Assembly (NCBI GenBank): GCA_025594325.1
Contig: JANHCV010000015.1
Location: 124,001-188,000, forward strand
Length of the DNA: 64,000 bases
Direction: 5' to 3'
From: Blastocladiella emersonii ATCC 22665
Taxonomy: Eukaryota > Fungi > Blastocladiomycota
Under the pieces are notes generated by a model. The model was not told where the DNA came from, did no database searches, and was given only the letters and a program-made list of their open reading frames with translations. The translations under genes and the position numbers were made by a program. Below, in pieces: positions 34,571 through 47,904 of the stretch (position 1 is its first letter; every line of letters begins with the position of its first letter).

Positions 34571-36240
34571 ATGACCGCCGAGAACAAGCCGACCACGGCC
34601 GCCCCCGCCGCCGCCATGGATGTCGATGAGCCCGCCGCCGCCGCCGCCGCTGCGCCCGTTGTCGACGCCGAGGCCGTCTTCCTCGCTGGTGCGCACATCA
34701 CCCGTACCAGGAGTCAGGCCAAACGCTCACGCCCTGCCCCCCGTAACAGACATCCAGCAGAACGTGACGCTGCTCGGCAAAGCGGTCGCCGACCTCGAGG
34801 GCCGCTTCGTGACCCGCGTCCTGCGCACCACGGCCGGTATCCGCAAGCGCCTCTCGGCGCCCTACCTCGCCAAGGCCATCACCCAGTCGCTGCCCGCTGG
34901 TACGCCACGGCGACCCCATGCGAGGTTGGAGCAGGCACCTGACGATACTCTGCACGCGTGTAGCGAGCAAGGTCCGCGCGTCGGCGCTCGAGCTGATCGG
35001 CCACGCGGCCGAGTCGGACGACGCCATGGCCGTGGACGAGCCCGCCGTGGCGTCGCCCAAGGCCAAGAAGCCCGCGCCGCTGCTGCCCGAGGTCGAGGTG
35101 TACCTCGGCCTGCTGGCCACCATCTACCTGCACGACCAGAACCAGCACAAGTCGGGCCAGCGCCTGGCGACCGAGCTGGTCGACGCGGTGCAGCACGCGA
35201 ACCGCCGCACCCTCGACGCGCTCGGCGCCAAGGTGTACTTTTACTACGCGCGGTTCCACGAGCTGCTCGCGCCCGCGGATGCCGTGGATGCCGGCCGCTC
35301 GCTGCGCCCTACGCTCCTTGCGCTCCACCGCACGGCGACGCTGCGCGGCGACGACGAGTCGACGGCCACGCTGCTCAACCTGGTACTGCGGTCGCTGCTC
35401 GCCGCCAACCTCGTCGAGCAGGCGGACCGTCTCGTCGCCAAGTCGGGTGGCCTCCCCGCGTCCGCGTCCAACAACCAGGTGGTGCGGTACCAGTACTACG
35501 TGGGCCGCATTGCCGCGCTGCGCCTCGACTACACGGCGTCGCACAACCACCTGCAGCAGGCGATCCGCAAGGCACCCGCGTCGCCCGCCACGGTCGGGTT
35601 CCTGCAGGCGGCGACCAAGCTCGCCATCATCGTGCAGCTGCTCATGGGCGAGGTGCCCGACCGCGCCACGTTCCGCCCGCCCACCATGCGCCGCCCGCTC
35701 GAGCCGTACCGCCAGCTCGTGCTCGCCGTCCGCCGCGGCGACCTCGCCCACTTCACCAAGGTGGTCGCCGACTCGTCGGCGGTCTTTGCCGCAGACCGCA
35801 CGCTCACGCTCGTGCAGCGCCTTCGCCACAACGTGATCAAGACGGGCATGCGGCTGCTCAGCGTGGCGTACTCGGCCATCTCGCTGCGCGAGATCTGCCT
35901 GCGGCTCGGGCTCGACTCGGAGGAGGACGCCGAGTACATGGTGGCCAAGGCGATCCGTGACGGCGTGCTGACGGCGGTCGTCGACCACGGCGCCGGCGTC
36001 GTGTCAAGCGCCGCGGCCGAGGCCGCCGCCGACGTGTACGCGTCGCGCGAGCCCCAGACGGCGTTCCACTCGCGCATCGCCTTCTGCCTCGACCTGCACA
36101 ACGCCAGCGTCAAGGCCATGCGGTACCCGGACCGGTCGGCGGTGCGCAACGCCGGCAAGGCGTTTGCCGACTCGGAGGAGGTCCGGGAACTCGAGAAGGA
36201 GATCCAGCAGCACCTCGAGGACGAGGGCGACGAGTTCTGA
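34571..36240 (+). CDS. RPN3: 26S proteasome lid subunit Rpn3/PSMD3 (exons 34571-34688, 34750-34899, 34964-36240)
   Basis: Motifs LPEVEVYL, RRTLDALGAKVYFYY, NNQVVRYQYYVGRI, QLLMGEVPDR, LRHNVIKTG, REPQTAFHSRIAFCLDLHN. Confidence 0.95.
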
Positions 36241-36532
36241 GTTGGTTGGAGGTTGCGCGTGTGTGCGGGCGTGTTGTTGGACCGCGCGCACGGCGAGGAT
36301 ATATCGTTGCAGTGTTTTCTCGTAGCCACGGTCGGTGTCGGTGCAGTGGACCGTTTTGGATCGCGTCGTTCACGCCGCGTGATGCGAGACGAGGTGGACC
36401 CGGGTTTCCTGCGGCCGGCCCCATGCGGACCGCCGTCGTCGTTTGTTGGGGGAGAGAGCCACTTCGTTCGCCTCTCCACCAGTCCGCTCTCTCCCGCCGC
36501 CGCCGATGAAACTCATGTAAACTTAACACGCC

Positions 36533-37693
36533 ATGGATCAACAACACCTACCCTCGCCGCCCGCGCCTGGCCTCGTCGCCGCGATCCTCAGCACCCTGTG
36601 CCCCACCCCCGGCGCCGGCGACACCGTGCGCACCGCGGCCGCGCAGCACGCCTCGTCGCTGCTGCGCCAGCGCATCGCCTTCCTCTACCCGCCCTCCTCG
36701 GCGCCGCTCCCCGCCACCGCCCTCGTCTGGCTCCCTCACCCGCTGCTCACCGACGCGTACCTGCGCCACGTCGTCGCCGCGCGCTGGACGCTGGGGAACG
36801 CTGACGCGCTCGCGAAAGACACGCACGTAGTCGTGCGCGATGCAGAGACGGTCGAGGCGTTGGTGGGCGTGGACTTGCGGCCGGACCCGGCGGACCCGGT
36901 GGCCGGGATGGTGCGCGTGGTGATGGTGCTGGTTTGGGAAGAGATGGAGTGGCGCGTGCATGATTTCCGCGTTATGGGGGAGGTGGAGTGGAAGCGGGTC
37001 GAGGCCGAGAGCCGGGTACGTCCTCAGCGCGCGCGGGGATGCGTGAGGCGAGGGTCTGACGCCGCCGTGTACGTGTAGCCGTCGCGCATCACCACCTCCA
37101 CCACTACGACTGCCCCTCCTCAGCCCGCTGCCGCCCTCTCCGACAACGACAAGGACGACGACTCGGACGACGGGTACTGGGCCGCGTACGACGACCGCCT
37201 CGGCGGGCCCGCTGCCACCAACCCGGCGCCAGCCCGAAACGCTAACGCCGACCCCGAGGACGCGTACTGGGCCATGTACGACACCGACACGCTGCCGCCG
37301 CTCCCGGCCAGCGCGCACCCTGGTGCGGGTGCTGACGAAGAGGTGGAAGAGGAGAAGGGCGCGCCGTGGTCGCCGACTCGCGCGACGGTGGACGCGCCGG
37401 TGTCGCCGACTACGACGGCTCGCGACCTCGCTGCTCCCGAACCAACTGCGCCTGCTGCTCCCGCACCAGCCGCGCGCGAACAACCGGCCGCAACCGCGGC
37501 AACCGCGGCACCCATCCCCGCTGCTCCCGCACCAGCTCCCACGGCCAGCGGCGCGTCCAAGGCCGCCGTCCTCCGCCACGTCCAGGACTCGGCCAAGTCG
37601 CTGTGGGCCCTGGCCCGCGCCGCCGGCTGCTCGCGCGAGGAGGTGCTCCTGGTGCTCGCGGCCGGGCTGGATGTGAATGACCATGAAGAATAG
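36533..37693 (+). CDS. Conserved-type fungal hypothetical protein (exons 36533-37015 and 37079-37693; 365 aa)
   Basis: A canonical intron joins the two ORFs in frame. Paired DDxYWAxYD motifs and a C-terminal HVQDSAKSLWALARAAGCSREE helix. Confidence 0.7.
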
Positions 37694-38355
37694 ACGTGAT
37701 GTATTGTAAGACCATCGACGCAGAGCGCACGACGCGATCGCGCCCACCTCCTGAGGTGTGGGTATCTCGAGACGGTTCGCGATTTCGGAACAAGTTCGAC
37801 TTGAGGGAGGCCGGATTGAGCGGGCTGCCGTTGTTCGCGGCCCGCGTCGCTACTCGCTAAAGCCGAAGCGGGGGTGGTCGGCGTTGTGCGACGCGGGAGC
37901 GAGTCGCACGACGAAGTCGGTCAAGCTCCCGAAGCGCCGCGAGCAGCCGCGTCGCGTTGAGCGACGATGGCCAACAGCTCTTTCAAGTCGCCGGACGCTC
38001 AGAGCGGCCCGTGTGACGCGGACCAGATCGAGGGACGGATTTTTGTTGGCGGCGCGGGAGCGAGTCGCTCGACGAGCAAGTTCGCCAAGGGCCGCGAGCA
38101 GAACATCGCGGCGAACGACGATAGCCGCGAGCGTGGCCATGATCAATCATCGACTTCCTCAAGAACTCGAGCACTCGCGAAGACCAAGCCAGAGATGAGG
38201 GAGAGGGTAACGATACATTTGAGGGGATTAAAAGATACTGGGACCAAAACGAGGGAGGAAGGAATCAAGACACAAAAGCGAGAGAGGGAGAGAGAAGAGA
38301 GACACAAAAACACACATCTACGCCGCTCTACTACTTGAACTCCGTGGTCGACTGC

Positions 38356-41300
38356 TTACCACTGGGCCTGGGGCATCTGCATCGTCGTGGTCATGCCGAA
38401 GGCGGGGGCCGCGGCCGTCTGGGCGCCGAACAGGGTCGACGACGAGCCCGACGAGCCGTTCATGGCCGAGTGCGACGAGGACGACGAGGCCTGGTGCGAC
38501 GACGAGGACGAGGACTGGGCGTGGTAGTTGGCCGACGACGACTGCGACTGCGACTGCGAGTGCGACGACTGCGACGACGACGAGATGTGCTGGATCTTGG
38601 GCGGCTGCACCTGCTGGTACACGGTGTGCTCGTGGGTCGTGGCGACCATGGACGAGCCGTTGGCGGCGCCGTTGGTGTAGCCGTTCGAGGCCGAGACCGA
38701 GTTGGAGTTGGTCGACTGCGACGACGAGGAGGCAGCGAACTCGGTCGACGACGAGGAGCCCGAGACCTTGCCGGCCGAGACGGCGACCGACGCCGACGAC
38801 GACGAGAACACCTTGGCGACCACGACGACGAGCGCGAGGTTGATGGCCGTGGACAGCGCCATGTTGCACCCGCCGGTCACCGTCGGGTAGAAGAAGGACG
38901 CGAGGAGGAGGACGGGGATCAGGGCCATGGACGCGTTCTGGATGAGGTTGGCAAAGTCGAACGAGGCCTTGACCGAGATAGTCGACGACGAAGTCGAGAC
39001 GGCGGGCGCAGCGGGCGCGGCGGGGACGGGGATCGTGGGCAGGACCGTGACCACAGGCGACGCGACGGGCGACACGGCGGGCGAGGGCACCTGGACCGTG
39101 GTCGAGGCCGAGACCGAGCCGAACATGGGGGTGATGACGAGCCACAGGAGCACGTTCAGGGCGAGGATGACCCAGACGTACGAGTTGCCGGCGACGTTGA
39201 CGAGGACCGTGTCGTAGGCCGAGTTGAAGGTCGACGTGACCGAGGTCCAGACGGCCGTGGTGGTGGTCGTGGTGGTCGTGGTCGAGATGTTCTCCATGAT
39301 CTTGCCGCCGAGGTGCGACACCGTGTTCGAGTCGACGTGGATGTCGAGGATGGGCTTGGCAATCGAGGCCGCGATCGCCGCGGCGAGGTACTCGGTGTAG
39401 ACGAAGCGGGCACCGTAGAAGAGCGCGACGGCAGTGGCGCCGGCGAGGAGGATCTTGGCGCCGAGGACGATGAAGGGGACGGCCGCGAGGGCAAAGGCGA
39501 TGGTCGACACCTTGATGAGCGTGGCCGTGTTCTTGATGGTGAGCTGGACCATGTTGACGAAGGCCTTGACGGCGAGGTACATGGCCAGGAAGCGGAGCTT
39601 GACGGCGAGCCAGGTGCCGACGACCGAGAGCGTCACCTTGCCCGTGAACGAGAGTACGTTGGAGCGCGTCGTCTCGATGGCGACCGTGGCCGAGCCCGAG
39701 GCAACGTCGACGGCCGTGTTGAAGGTGCCCTCGAGGTCGAACTCGGCAATGTTCTCGAACGTCTGGCCGTACAGGGTGTACGAGTCCTCGAACGGCACGC
39801 GCTCGTGGGGCATGCCGAGGCGGATCGCGGCGTGCATCATGACGCCGATGCTGAGGACCACAAGGATCCACGCGGGCCAGAAGGTCATGTCGACGAGGCC
39901 GACGTACGCGAGCGACAGCATCTGGATCGCGGCCGCGAGGTACATGACGTGGCGGGCCGCGCGGGGCGACATGACCGTCTTGAACAGGCGCAGGCCGAGG
40001 CGGACGCCGTCGTGGCCGATGTTGCTGGTGGCGAGGTTGAGCGTGGCGCTGAACTCGGCCGCCTGCTCGCCGACCGTGGTCGGCGCGGGCGTCGGGACCG
40101 CCGCGGCCATGGACGCGTAGTAGCTGAGCAGGGCCCACACGGCGCCGTTGAAGGACACGAGGCCCCACAGGAACTTGTACGAGTGGTTGTCGCAGCTGGC
40201 GCCGACCGCGTCGCGCGACAGGAGGGCGAGCACCGACAGGATCGACGTCTGGATCATGAAGGCGAAGCGCGAGATGCGCGCCGTCTTGGTGTCCTGGATC
40301 ACGACCGTGTTGGTCGAGCCGCCGAAGCCGCGGTCAATGGAGGCGTTGATCGAGAAGTCGAGGATGCGGGTGCCCGACGTGTCGACCTTGACCGTCTCTG
40401 AGCCGCTGCACTGCGTGCACTTGAACGTCTTCTCAATCTCGAGCTCGGTCTTGGACGAGGTCGTGGTGGTGGCCGAGGTCGAGGTCGACGTGAGCGTCTC
40501 GGTCGACGACGTGAAGCCCGTGGCCGCGTTCTGCTTGGCGAGGTACGCGTTGTACTCGGCGCTGCCCTCGAGGTACTCGGTGATGGAGCCGTCCTCGTTC
40601 TGGACGGCCATGAGCGCGGGCGCGACCATGGCGATCTCCTCGGTGGTCGTGGCCGAGATCCCGTTGTGCTTGGCCAGGTACTCGTTGAACTCGGCGCTGC
40701 CCTCGAGGAACTCGGTGACGGTGCCGTCGTCGTTCTGGATGGCGATGAGCGCGGGCGCGACCATGGAGAAGGACTCGGGCATGAGGTCGTTGACCACCTC
40801 GCCGCAGACGGTGCCCGTGGCGTAGAAGCCCGACGGGTACGTCTCGGGCATGGTCTCGAGGCGCTGGATCTCCTGGACCGTGATGAGCGGCTTGGTGATG
40901 GTGGTCTCGCCGGCCGCGGTGCCCGTGGCGTAGAAGCCGGTCGTGACCGTCTCCGAAACCGTGTCGAGGCGCTGCACGTCCTCGACCGTCATGGCCGCGT
41001 TGGCGACGACCGACGACGTCTCGAACGTCTCCTCGGTCGTGGTCGCGTGGAGCAGGACCTCGGGGCCGCACGACGTGACCGTCACGATCTCCTGCTGCAT
41101 CTGCTCGTCCTCGGCGACCGTGGTGGTCGAGGCGGCCGCCGTGGCAAAGGCCTGGTCGAGGTACACGACCTCGGTCTCGGCGTCGTGGATCTGGTACACG
41201 GGGCCGGGGCCGCACTCGGTCAGCGTCACCTTCTCCTCCTCGAGCGTCGTGGTGGTGAGCGTCGGCATCTCGACAAAGTTGGGGATGATTTCGCGGGGCT

Positions 41301-44300
41301 GGATGGCGGAGCCGCCGACCGTGAACGAGCCCGACGACGACGAGTACTGCTGCTGCGAGGTCGACGAGGCGGCCTGGAACGACGCCGACGAGGACTCCTG
41401 CTTGCCCGACGAGGTTGACGACGAGTACGAGGTCGAGCTGGTCAGCACGGGCTTGCCGACGGTCGTCGTGGTGGTCGTGTACGACGTGTTGACGACGGCA
41501 GGCTTGGTCGTAGTGGTCGTCGAGGTGATGACCTGGGGCTTGGCCGTGGCCGCGGCGCCCCAGCCGTGCGGGATACCGCCGTTGTTGACCGACGAGGACA
41601 TGGAGGTCGACGACGAGGACGACTGCTGCTGCTGCGAGGCCTGGAACGAGGCCGACGACGACTCCTGCTTGCCCGACGAGGTCGACGAGTACGAGGTCGA
41701 GCTGGTCAGGACCGGGGCCGCGACGGTCGTCGTGTACGACGTGTTGGACGAGGTCACGACAGCGGGCTTGGTGACCGACGAGGTCGTGTACGACGTGTTG
41801 ACGACCGCGGGCTTGGTCGTAGTGGTCGTCGAGGTGATGACGGCGGGCTTCACGGCCGACGTGATCACAACCGGCTTGGCCGTAGCCGCAGCGCCCCAGC
41901 CGTGCGGGATGGTGCCGGTCGGCTTGGGCGACGACGACGAGGTGGTGGTCGTGTACGACGTGTTGGACGAGGTGACGACGGCGGGCTTGGTGACCGACGA
42001 GGTGGTGGTCGTGTACGAGGCCGACGAGTTGGTGACAGCGGGCTTGGTCGTGGTGGTGGTCACCACGACGGGCTTGGCCGTAGCCGCGGCGCCCCAGGCG
42101 TGCGGGATGGTGCCGGTCGGCTTGGGCGACGACGACGAGGTCGTGGTGGTGGTCGAGCTCGACGAGGTGACGACCGCGGGCTTGGTCACCGAGGACGACG
42201 AGGTCGTGAACGACGACGACGAGTTGACGACCGCGGGCTTGGTGTTGGGCGCGATCACCACGGGCTTGGCCGTAGCCGCAGCGCCCCAGCCGTGCGGGAT
42301 GCCGCCGGTCGGCTTGGGCGAGGCCGAGGTCGTGTGCGACGACGACGACGTGTGCGACACCGACGAGTTGGAGGCGCCGGCGGCCATGGACGACGAGTTG
42401 CTCGACGACGACGACTGGAACGAGGTCGACGAGGTCGAGGCGCCGTTGGACGCGACGAGGCCGCCGCCGGCGACGACAATCTGGGGCTTGGTGGCGCCGT
42501 TGCCGAGCGCCGAGGACGACGTGGAGGTCGACGACGACTGCATGACGGTGGTGGTGCCCGTCGACTCGTCGTGGTGGATCTCGTGCGACGACGACTCGTG
42601 CGTGGTGGCGCCGTTGTTGGTCGAGACCGTCGAGGTGACGACAGCGCCGCCGTTGGGGCGGAGCACGACCGCGGGCTTGACGCCCTGCTGCTGCTGCTGG
42701 GTCACCGACGACGACGACGAGGACTCGAACGAAGCCGACGACGCCGACTCCTGGTGCGAGGCCGAGGCGGACGAGGACTCGAACGAGGTCGAGGCCGACT
42801 CGTGCGTGGTGGCGATGCCGAGGCCGGCGTTGGCGACGACGATGCCGCCGACCTGCTGCTGCTGCGTGGTGACGCCCGACGAGATCTGCTCGGTCTCGAA
42901 CGAGGTCGAGGACGCCTCGAACGACTCGGACGAGGACGAGGCCTCGAACGACGACGACTCGGCCGTGACCTCGGACTCGACGACGGTCACGTCGTGGGCC
43001 GTGTACGCGGGACAGACGGCGATCACGTCGACGTGGTGCACGTCCGAGCCCGTGAAGACGGCCTCCATCTCGGTCGTGTTGGTGGCCGTGGCCTCGGGGT
43101 CGACGAGCGTCGATGTGACGAGGGTCTCCTCGACGACCGACGGCAGGTTGATGATCTGGTCGGGGCGGATGATCTCGTCGCCCGACATGACGGCGCCCGA
43201 GTCGATCGTGGTGGCGGTCGAGGTCTCGAACGACGACGACGAGGACGAGTTGTTGGCCTCGAACGAGGTCGACGACGCCTCGTACGACGAGGACGACGAC
43301 GACTCGGCCGTGATCTCGGCCTCGGTGAGCACCGACGTGATGAGCGTCTCCTCGACAATGGCCGGGTACGGGATGATGGCGGGCTGCTCCTGCGACGTGA
43401 CCACGTCGACCTTGATGTCAGTCGACTCGGAGGTCGACGACTCGAACGACGACGACTCCTGGTGCGTCTCGGAGTGCGACTCGGTGGTCTCGAACGACGA
43501 CGACTCCTGGTGCGTCGTCTCGGCGGCGGTCAGCTCGCACGCGAGGACCGACGAGGACTCGGCGGCCTGGATCGTGTCAACGGACACGTTCTCGACGACC
43601 GACGACGACGACGTGGTCGACGAGGACTCGGCGGCGAACTGCGCCGTCTCGGTGGACGAGGCAAAGTCCTGCGACGTGACCGTGGTCGACTCGATGCGGC
43701 CCGAGCCGTGGCCGAGCAGCGGCGAGCTGGTGTCGAAGATGGCGCTGCCGACGGCCGAGTCGACAATGAAGCCGCTGTTCTGCTGCTGCTGCGAGACGGA
43801 GCTCGAGGTGTCGACGGCGAGCTGGTTGGACGACGAGGTCGACATGGACGAGGACGACGAGGCCTCGTACGACGACGCGGATGCCGAGGTGGCCGATGCC
43901 GACATGGCCGACGACGACGAGGTGGCCGAGGTCGAGCTGTTGTTGGCCGTGAGGCGGGCCTTGGTCACCTCGATGGACTCGTCGGCGGGGACGACCATCT
44001 CCTTCATCTCGTAGGTGCCGTTGGGGCGGCGGACGCGGATGCGGACGACCTTGAACGTGGTGGTGATCACCTCGTGCTCCTCGCCCTCCTCGGTCACGTA
44101 CGAGTGCGACTCCTCGTGCGCGGCGTGGCTCGACACGGCCTCCTGCAGGTTGGTCGTGATGGCCGACGACAGGGTCGACGACGAGACGGCGCCGGTGGTG
44201 ATGGCCGAGCCCGTGGTCACCGACGACGACGAGTTGGAGGCCTCGAACGAGGACGACGACTGAGTACGGGCGAAGGAGGCTCTCGAGTTAGTGGACCGAT

Positions 44301-46614
44301 TCCCAAAGCGAGCGACCGAGCGAGAGAATAGCGTACCGAGGAAGCCTCGTGCGACTCGAACGACGAGGAAGCCGACGACGACTCGGCGATGTTGAGCGAG
44401 GTCGAGGCGGAGCCAGCAATGGCGCCCGAGGTCGAGATGGACGACGAACCCTCGACGACGGCGACGGTGTTGGACTCGGTGGTCGAGGACGACGACTCGA
44501 ACTGGGCCGAGGACGACGACGACTCGAACTGAGCCGACGAAGACGAGGTGGTGTTTTCGACCTCGGTGGTGGCGACGTCGACGTTGACGACGGTGTTGGA
44601 CTCGGTGGTCGAGGACGACGACGAATCGAACTGAGCCGACGAAGACGACGAATCGAACTGAGCCGACGAAGACGAGGTGGTGTTTTCGACCTCGGTGGTG
44701 GCGACGTCGACGTTGACGGTGGTGACGTCGATCTCGGAGGTCGAGCAGGTCAGGTCGGTGGTCGTCATCTCGACGTTGGTCGCCGAGGTCTCGAACTCGG
44801 CCGACGACGACGAGGCCTCGAAGCTCGAGGACGACGACTCCTGGTGCGTCTCCTCATGCGACTCGGACGACTCGAACTGGTGGCCCGTGGCCGAGTACTC
44901 GGCCTGCTCGGTGATGACCTCGGTGTACTCGGTCTCGGCGGTGGTGCACTCGAGGTCCGTGGTGGTGACCTCGATGTCGATCTCGGCCGTGGTGGTCTCG
45001 AACTCGGCCGTCGAGCAGGTGAGATCGGTGGTGGTCACCTCGACGTTGGTCTCCGACGACGACGACTCGGCGTGCGACGACTCGAAGTGCGACTCCGAGG
45101 ACTCCATGTGCGACTCGGAGTGCGACTCGGCCGACTCGGTCTGGTTGGTGGCCATGGTCGAGTAGTCGACGGTGGCGATCTCGGTCTCGGCGACGGTGCA
45201 CTCGAGGTCGGTGGTGATCATCTCGGTGGCGTTGGCCGAAGACGACGACTCCATGTGCGACTCGGCCGACGACGACGACGACTCGGCGTGCGACTCGGTG
45301 TGCGACTCGGTGTGCGACTCGGCGTGCTGCTCCTGCGACGTGGTGGTGCACTCCCACTCGGCGGCGGTGCACTCGGCCGTGGCGGTGGTCTCCCCGCACT
45401 CGAACGAGGTGGTGGCGCACTCGGTCGACTCCCCGCACTCGACCTGGGCCGAGACGCACTCGGTCGACTCCTCGCACTCAAACGAGGTGGTGGTGGTGGT
45501 GGTGCACTCGGCCGACTGCTCCTGCGACGTGGCCTCGGTCTCGCACTCCCACTGGGCCGTGGTGGCGGTGGTGGTGGCGCACTCGTCGTGCTGCTCCTGC
45601 GAGGTGGCGGTCCACTCGGACGACTGGGCGGCGTTGCACTCGTCGATGGCGGCGCACTCCTCGGCCGTGAACTGCTGGGTGGTCTCCTCGCACTCGATCT
45701 GGGCCGAGACCTGGTTCTCGATGGCGATCTCGCACGTCTCGGCCGTCTCGGCCGTGACCTCGAGCGAGGTGTTGGTGATCTCGAGCGACGACGAGGCCGA
45801 CTCCTCGTGCGACTCGGCGTGCGACTCGGCGTGCATCTCCTCGTGCGCCGACTCGATGGCGAAGGTCTCGGTCGACTCGGCGGCAATGGCCTGGTACGAC
45901 GCGTCCGACTCGCCGCCGGCCATGACCGTGGCGGCGTACTCGGACGACGACGACTCGGTGGCCGAGGAGGCGGAGTACTCGGCCGAGGCGGACTCGGAGT
46001 GCGAGGCCGACGACGACGACGACTCGTACGAGGCCGAGGCGCCGTCGATCTTGGTCGAATCGATGACGGCCGAGCCGCTGGCGCCGCCGGCAATGACGGC
46101 CGTGGAGGCGGAACCGCCCGACGAGGCCGACGACGACATGTGCGACGACGAGCTCGAGCTCGACGAGGAGGCCGAGGCCGACATGGCCGAGGAGGCGGCG
46201 GACGAGGAGGCGGCGGACGAGGACGAGCTCGACGACGACGACGAGGTCACTGGAGCGGGGCGGGGCGGGGCGGGAAGCGCGTTAGTGGAGCGTTCGGGAA
46301 GTGAAGGTGTGATGGATGCGAGTCGCGTTCGGTTTCAGGAGGGGAGTCGCGATTTTCGGTGCACGGCGCGCGAACGGGCAGCAGGCGGCAGCGCGAACGG
46401 GGACCGCGTGGGGCCGAGCCATGGCAGCGCAAACGCGACCGGCCAGCGCGGTGGCTCGCGCGCCAAAACGCGAGCCACCCAGCTCGGTCCGGCTGCCCCC
46501 TCGATGCCGTCGCCGAGGAGCGCGGCGACAGCGCGAGCGGGATGCCGACGGTGGCGAGGAGAGGGAGGGCGAGAGCGACGTACGCTTAGCGTTGTTGCGG
46601 CCAGACTTGCGCAT
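38356..46614 (-). CDS. Giant (~2,615 aa) Ser/Thr/Glu-rich repeat protein with about 10 C-terminal TM segments (exons 46614-46584, 46249-44337, 44259-38356)
   Basis: Very strong GC3 bias over 7.8 kb. Introns gtacgt..actaac..cag (334 nt) and gtacgc..actaac..cag (77 nt) keep the frame. First exon MRKSGRNNAK. TATA near 46891. Confidence 0.88.
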
Positions 46615-47830
46615 GATCGGTGGTTGATGCTTGGGTGATGAGGGAGGGGCGACGCGCTGGCGGAGGTGCGGGTCGGGGTGGCAGCCGTGGGGCGTGCGGG
46701 CAAAGAGGTGCGTAGGCGGTGGTGGTCGACCGGGGATGGTGCGGCCGGGGCAGGGTAGGGTGGTGGTGTGTGAGGGTAGGACACAGATGGGCGCGAGCTG
46801 GCGAGCAAGCAGCGGGCGGGGACGGTTGGACGATGAGAGCACGAAGCGCTTGGCTGGACGGCGAGAGGGAGGGCAGGGGGGCGCGGCCCGTTATATAGCG
46901 GCGGGCGGGCCGAGGGATCTGATGCGGGCACGGCAGGCCAACGCGCAAACGCGAGCAGGCTCGGGCGCGAGAGCAGCGAGAGTTTGGGCAACGGCGAGCG
47001 GGCCCGCCCCGAACGGGAAGGTGCCCGGCGCGCTGCTCCTGCCCGCTCGCGAAACCCGAGCTGCGCGCTCCCTTCCGCTCGAAGCGCCGTGCTTCCGCGA
47101 CGCCGTCCGAGGCCTCTCGCGCTCGCCCGCTCGCCTGCTTGCTGCGTTCCTACACGATCACAGAAGGCCGTGGTGGTGAGCGCGAGCGCGAGTCCCCGCG
47201 ACGGGTCCCGCTGGTCGCCCGTCGTCGCTGAACACGCAGCACCGCGGCCGCTCTTTCTACGCACCTTCATCATCGTCGCGCCGGCGCGTCGGGCGTCGCG
47301 GTGGTGGTGGTACGGCCCGTGGCGAGTGGCTCGGCGCAGGGCATCATGCCTCGGCCTCTGCGTCACGGTGACGTGGTGATCGCGCTGCACCCGGCCATGC
47401 TGCCGCCATGCGCATGCATGGAGTCGCGGCCTCGTTTTCATCGGCGGCGTGGCTCGCGGCGGGAGCCTTCCGCTTGCGGCAGGGCCTGCCCGCAGCGCGC
47501 GGAAGACTTGCCACGTGACCGCGAGCGCGACGGATTGGTCGCGGCTCCGCCGGCGCGAATCCGGGGCCCATGGACCGCCGGCCAGGGCGCCGCGATCTCG
47601 TCGGCGCGCCGCACGTCATGCTGCGCACACCAGCTCCACGTCTCTGTCGCTTGATCGCGGTCGCATGCCCTCGTGGCCACCGTTGCGCGTGGTCGTCGCG
47701 CTGCGGTCCGCAGCCGCCCTTGCTCTGAGCACTCGGGCCCGAGCAGGCAGGACGGATCCGTGCTGGTCCATCGCTAAGCCCGCGGCCGTGGGAATCCGGC
47801 TCGCGTGCTTCATCATCGCATGCGCGGTTC

Positions 47831-47859
47831 CCGGATCCGGATCCGGATCCGGATCCGGA
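47831..47859. repeat. Self-complementary hexamer microsatellite (CCGGAT)4-CCGGA
   Basis: ccggatccggatccggatccggatccgga; 47836-47859 is a perfect 24-bp palindrome. Confidence 0.9.
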
Positions 47860-47904
47860 GAGAGGAAAGCGCGCGGCCAGGTGGCGCGGGGCGCGCGCGA
47901 ACGG

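Noticed and set aside
38318-46304. Very long alternative-frame and antisense ORFs (e.g. 40943-44014 +, 41566-44331 +, 38335-40401 +, 44349-46304 +)
   Set aside because: Shadows of the high-GC3 minus-strand gene: V/D- or R/G-rich translations with no independent signals.
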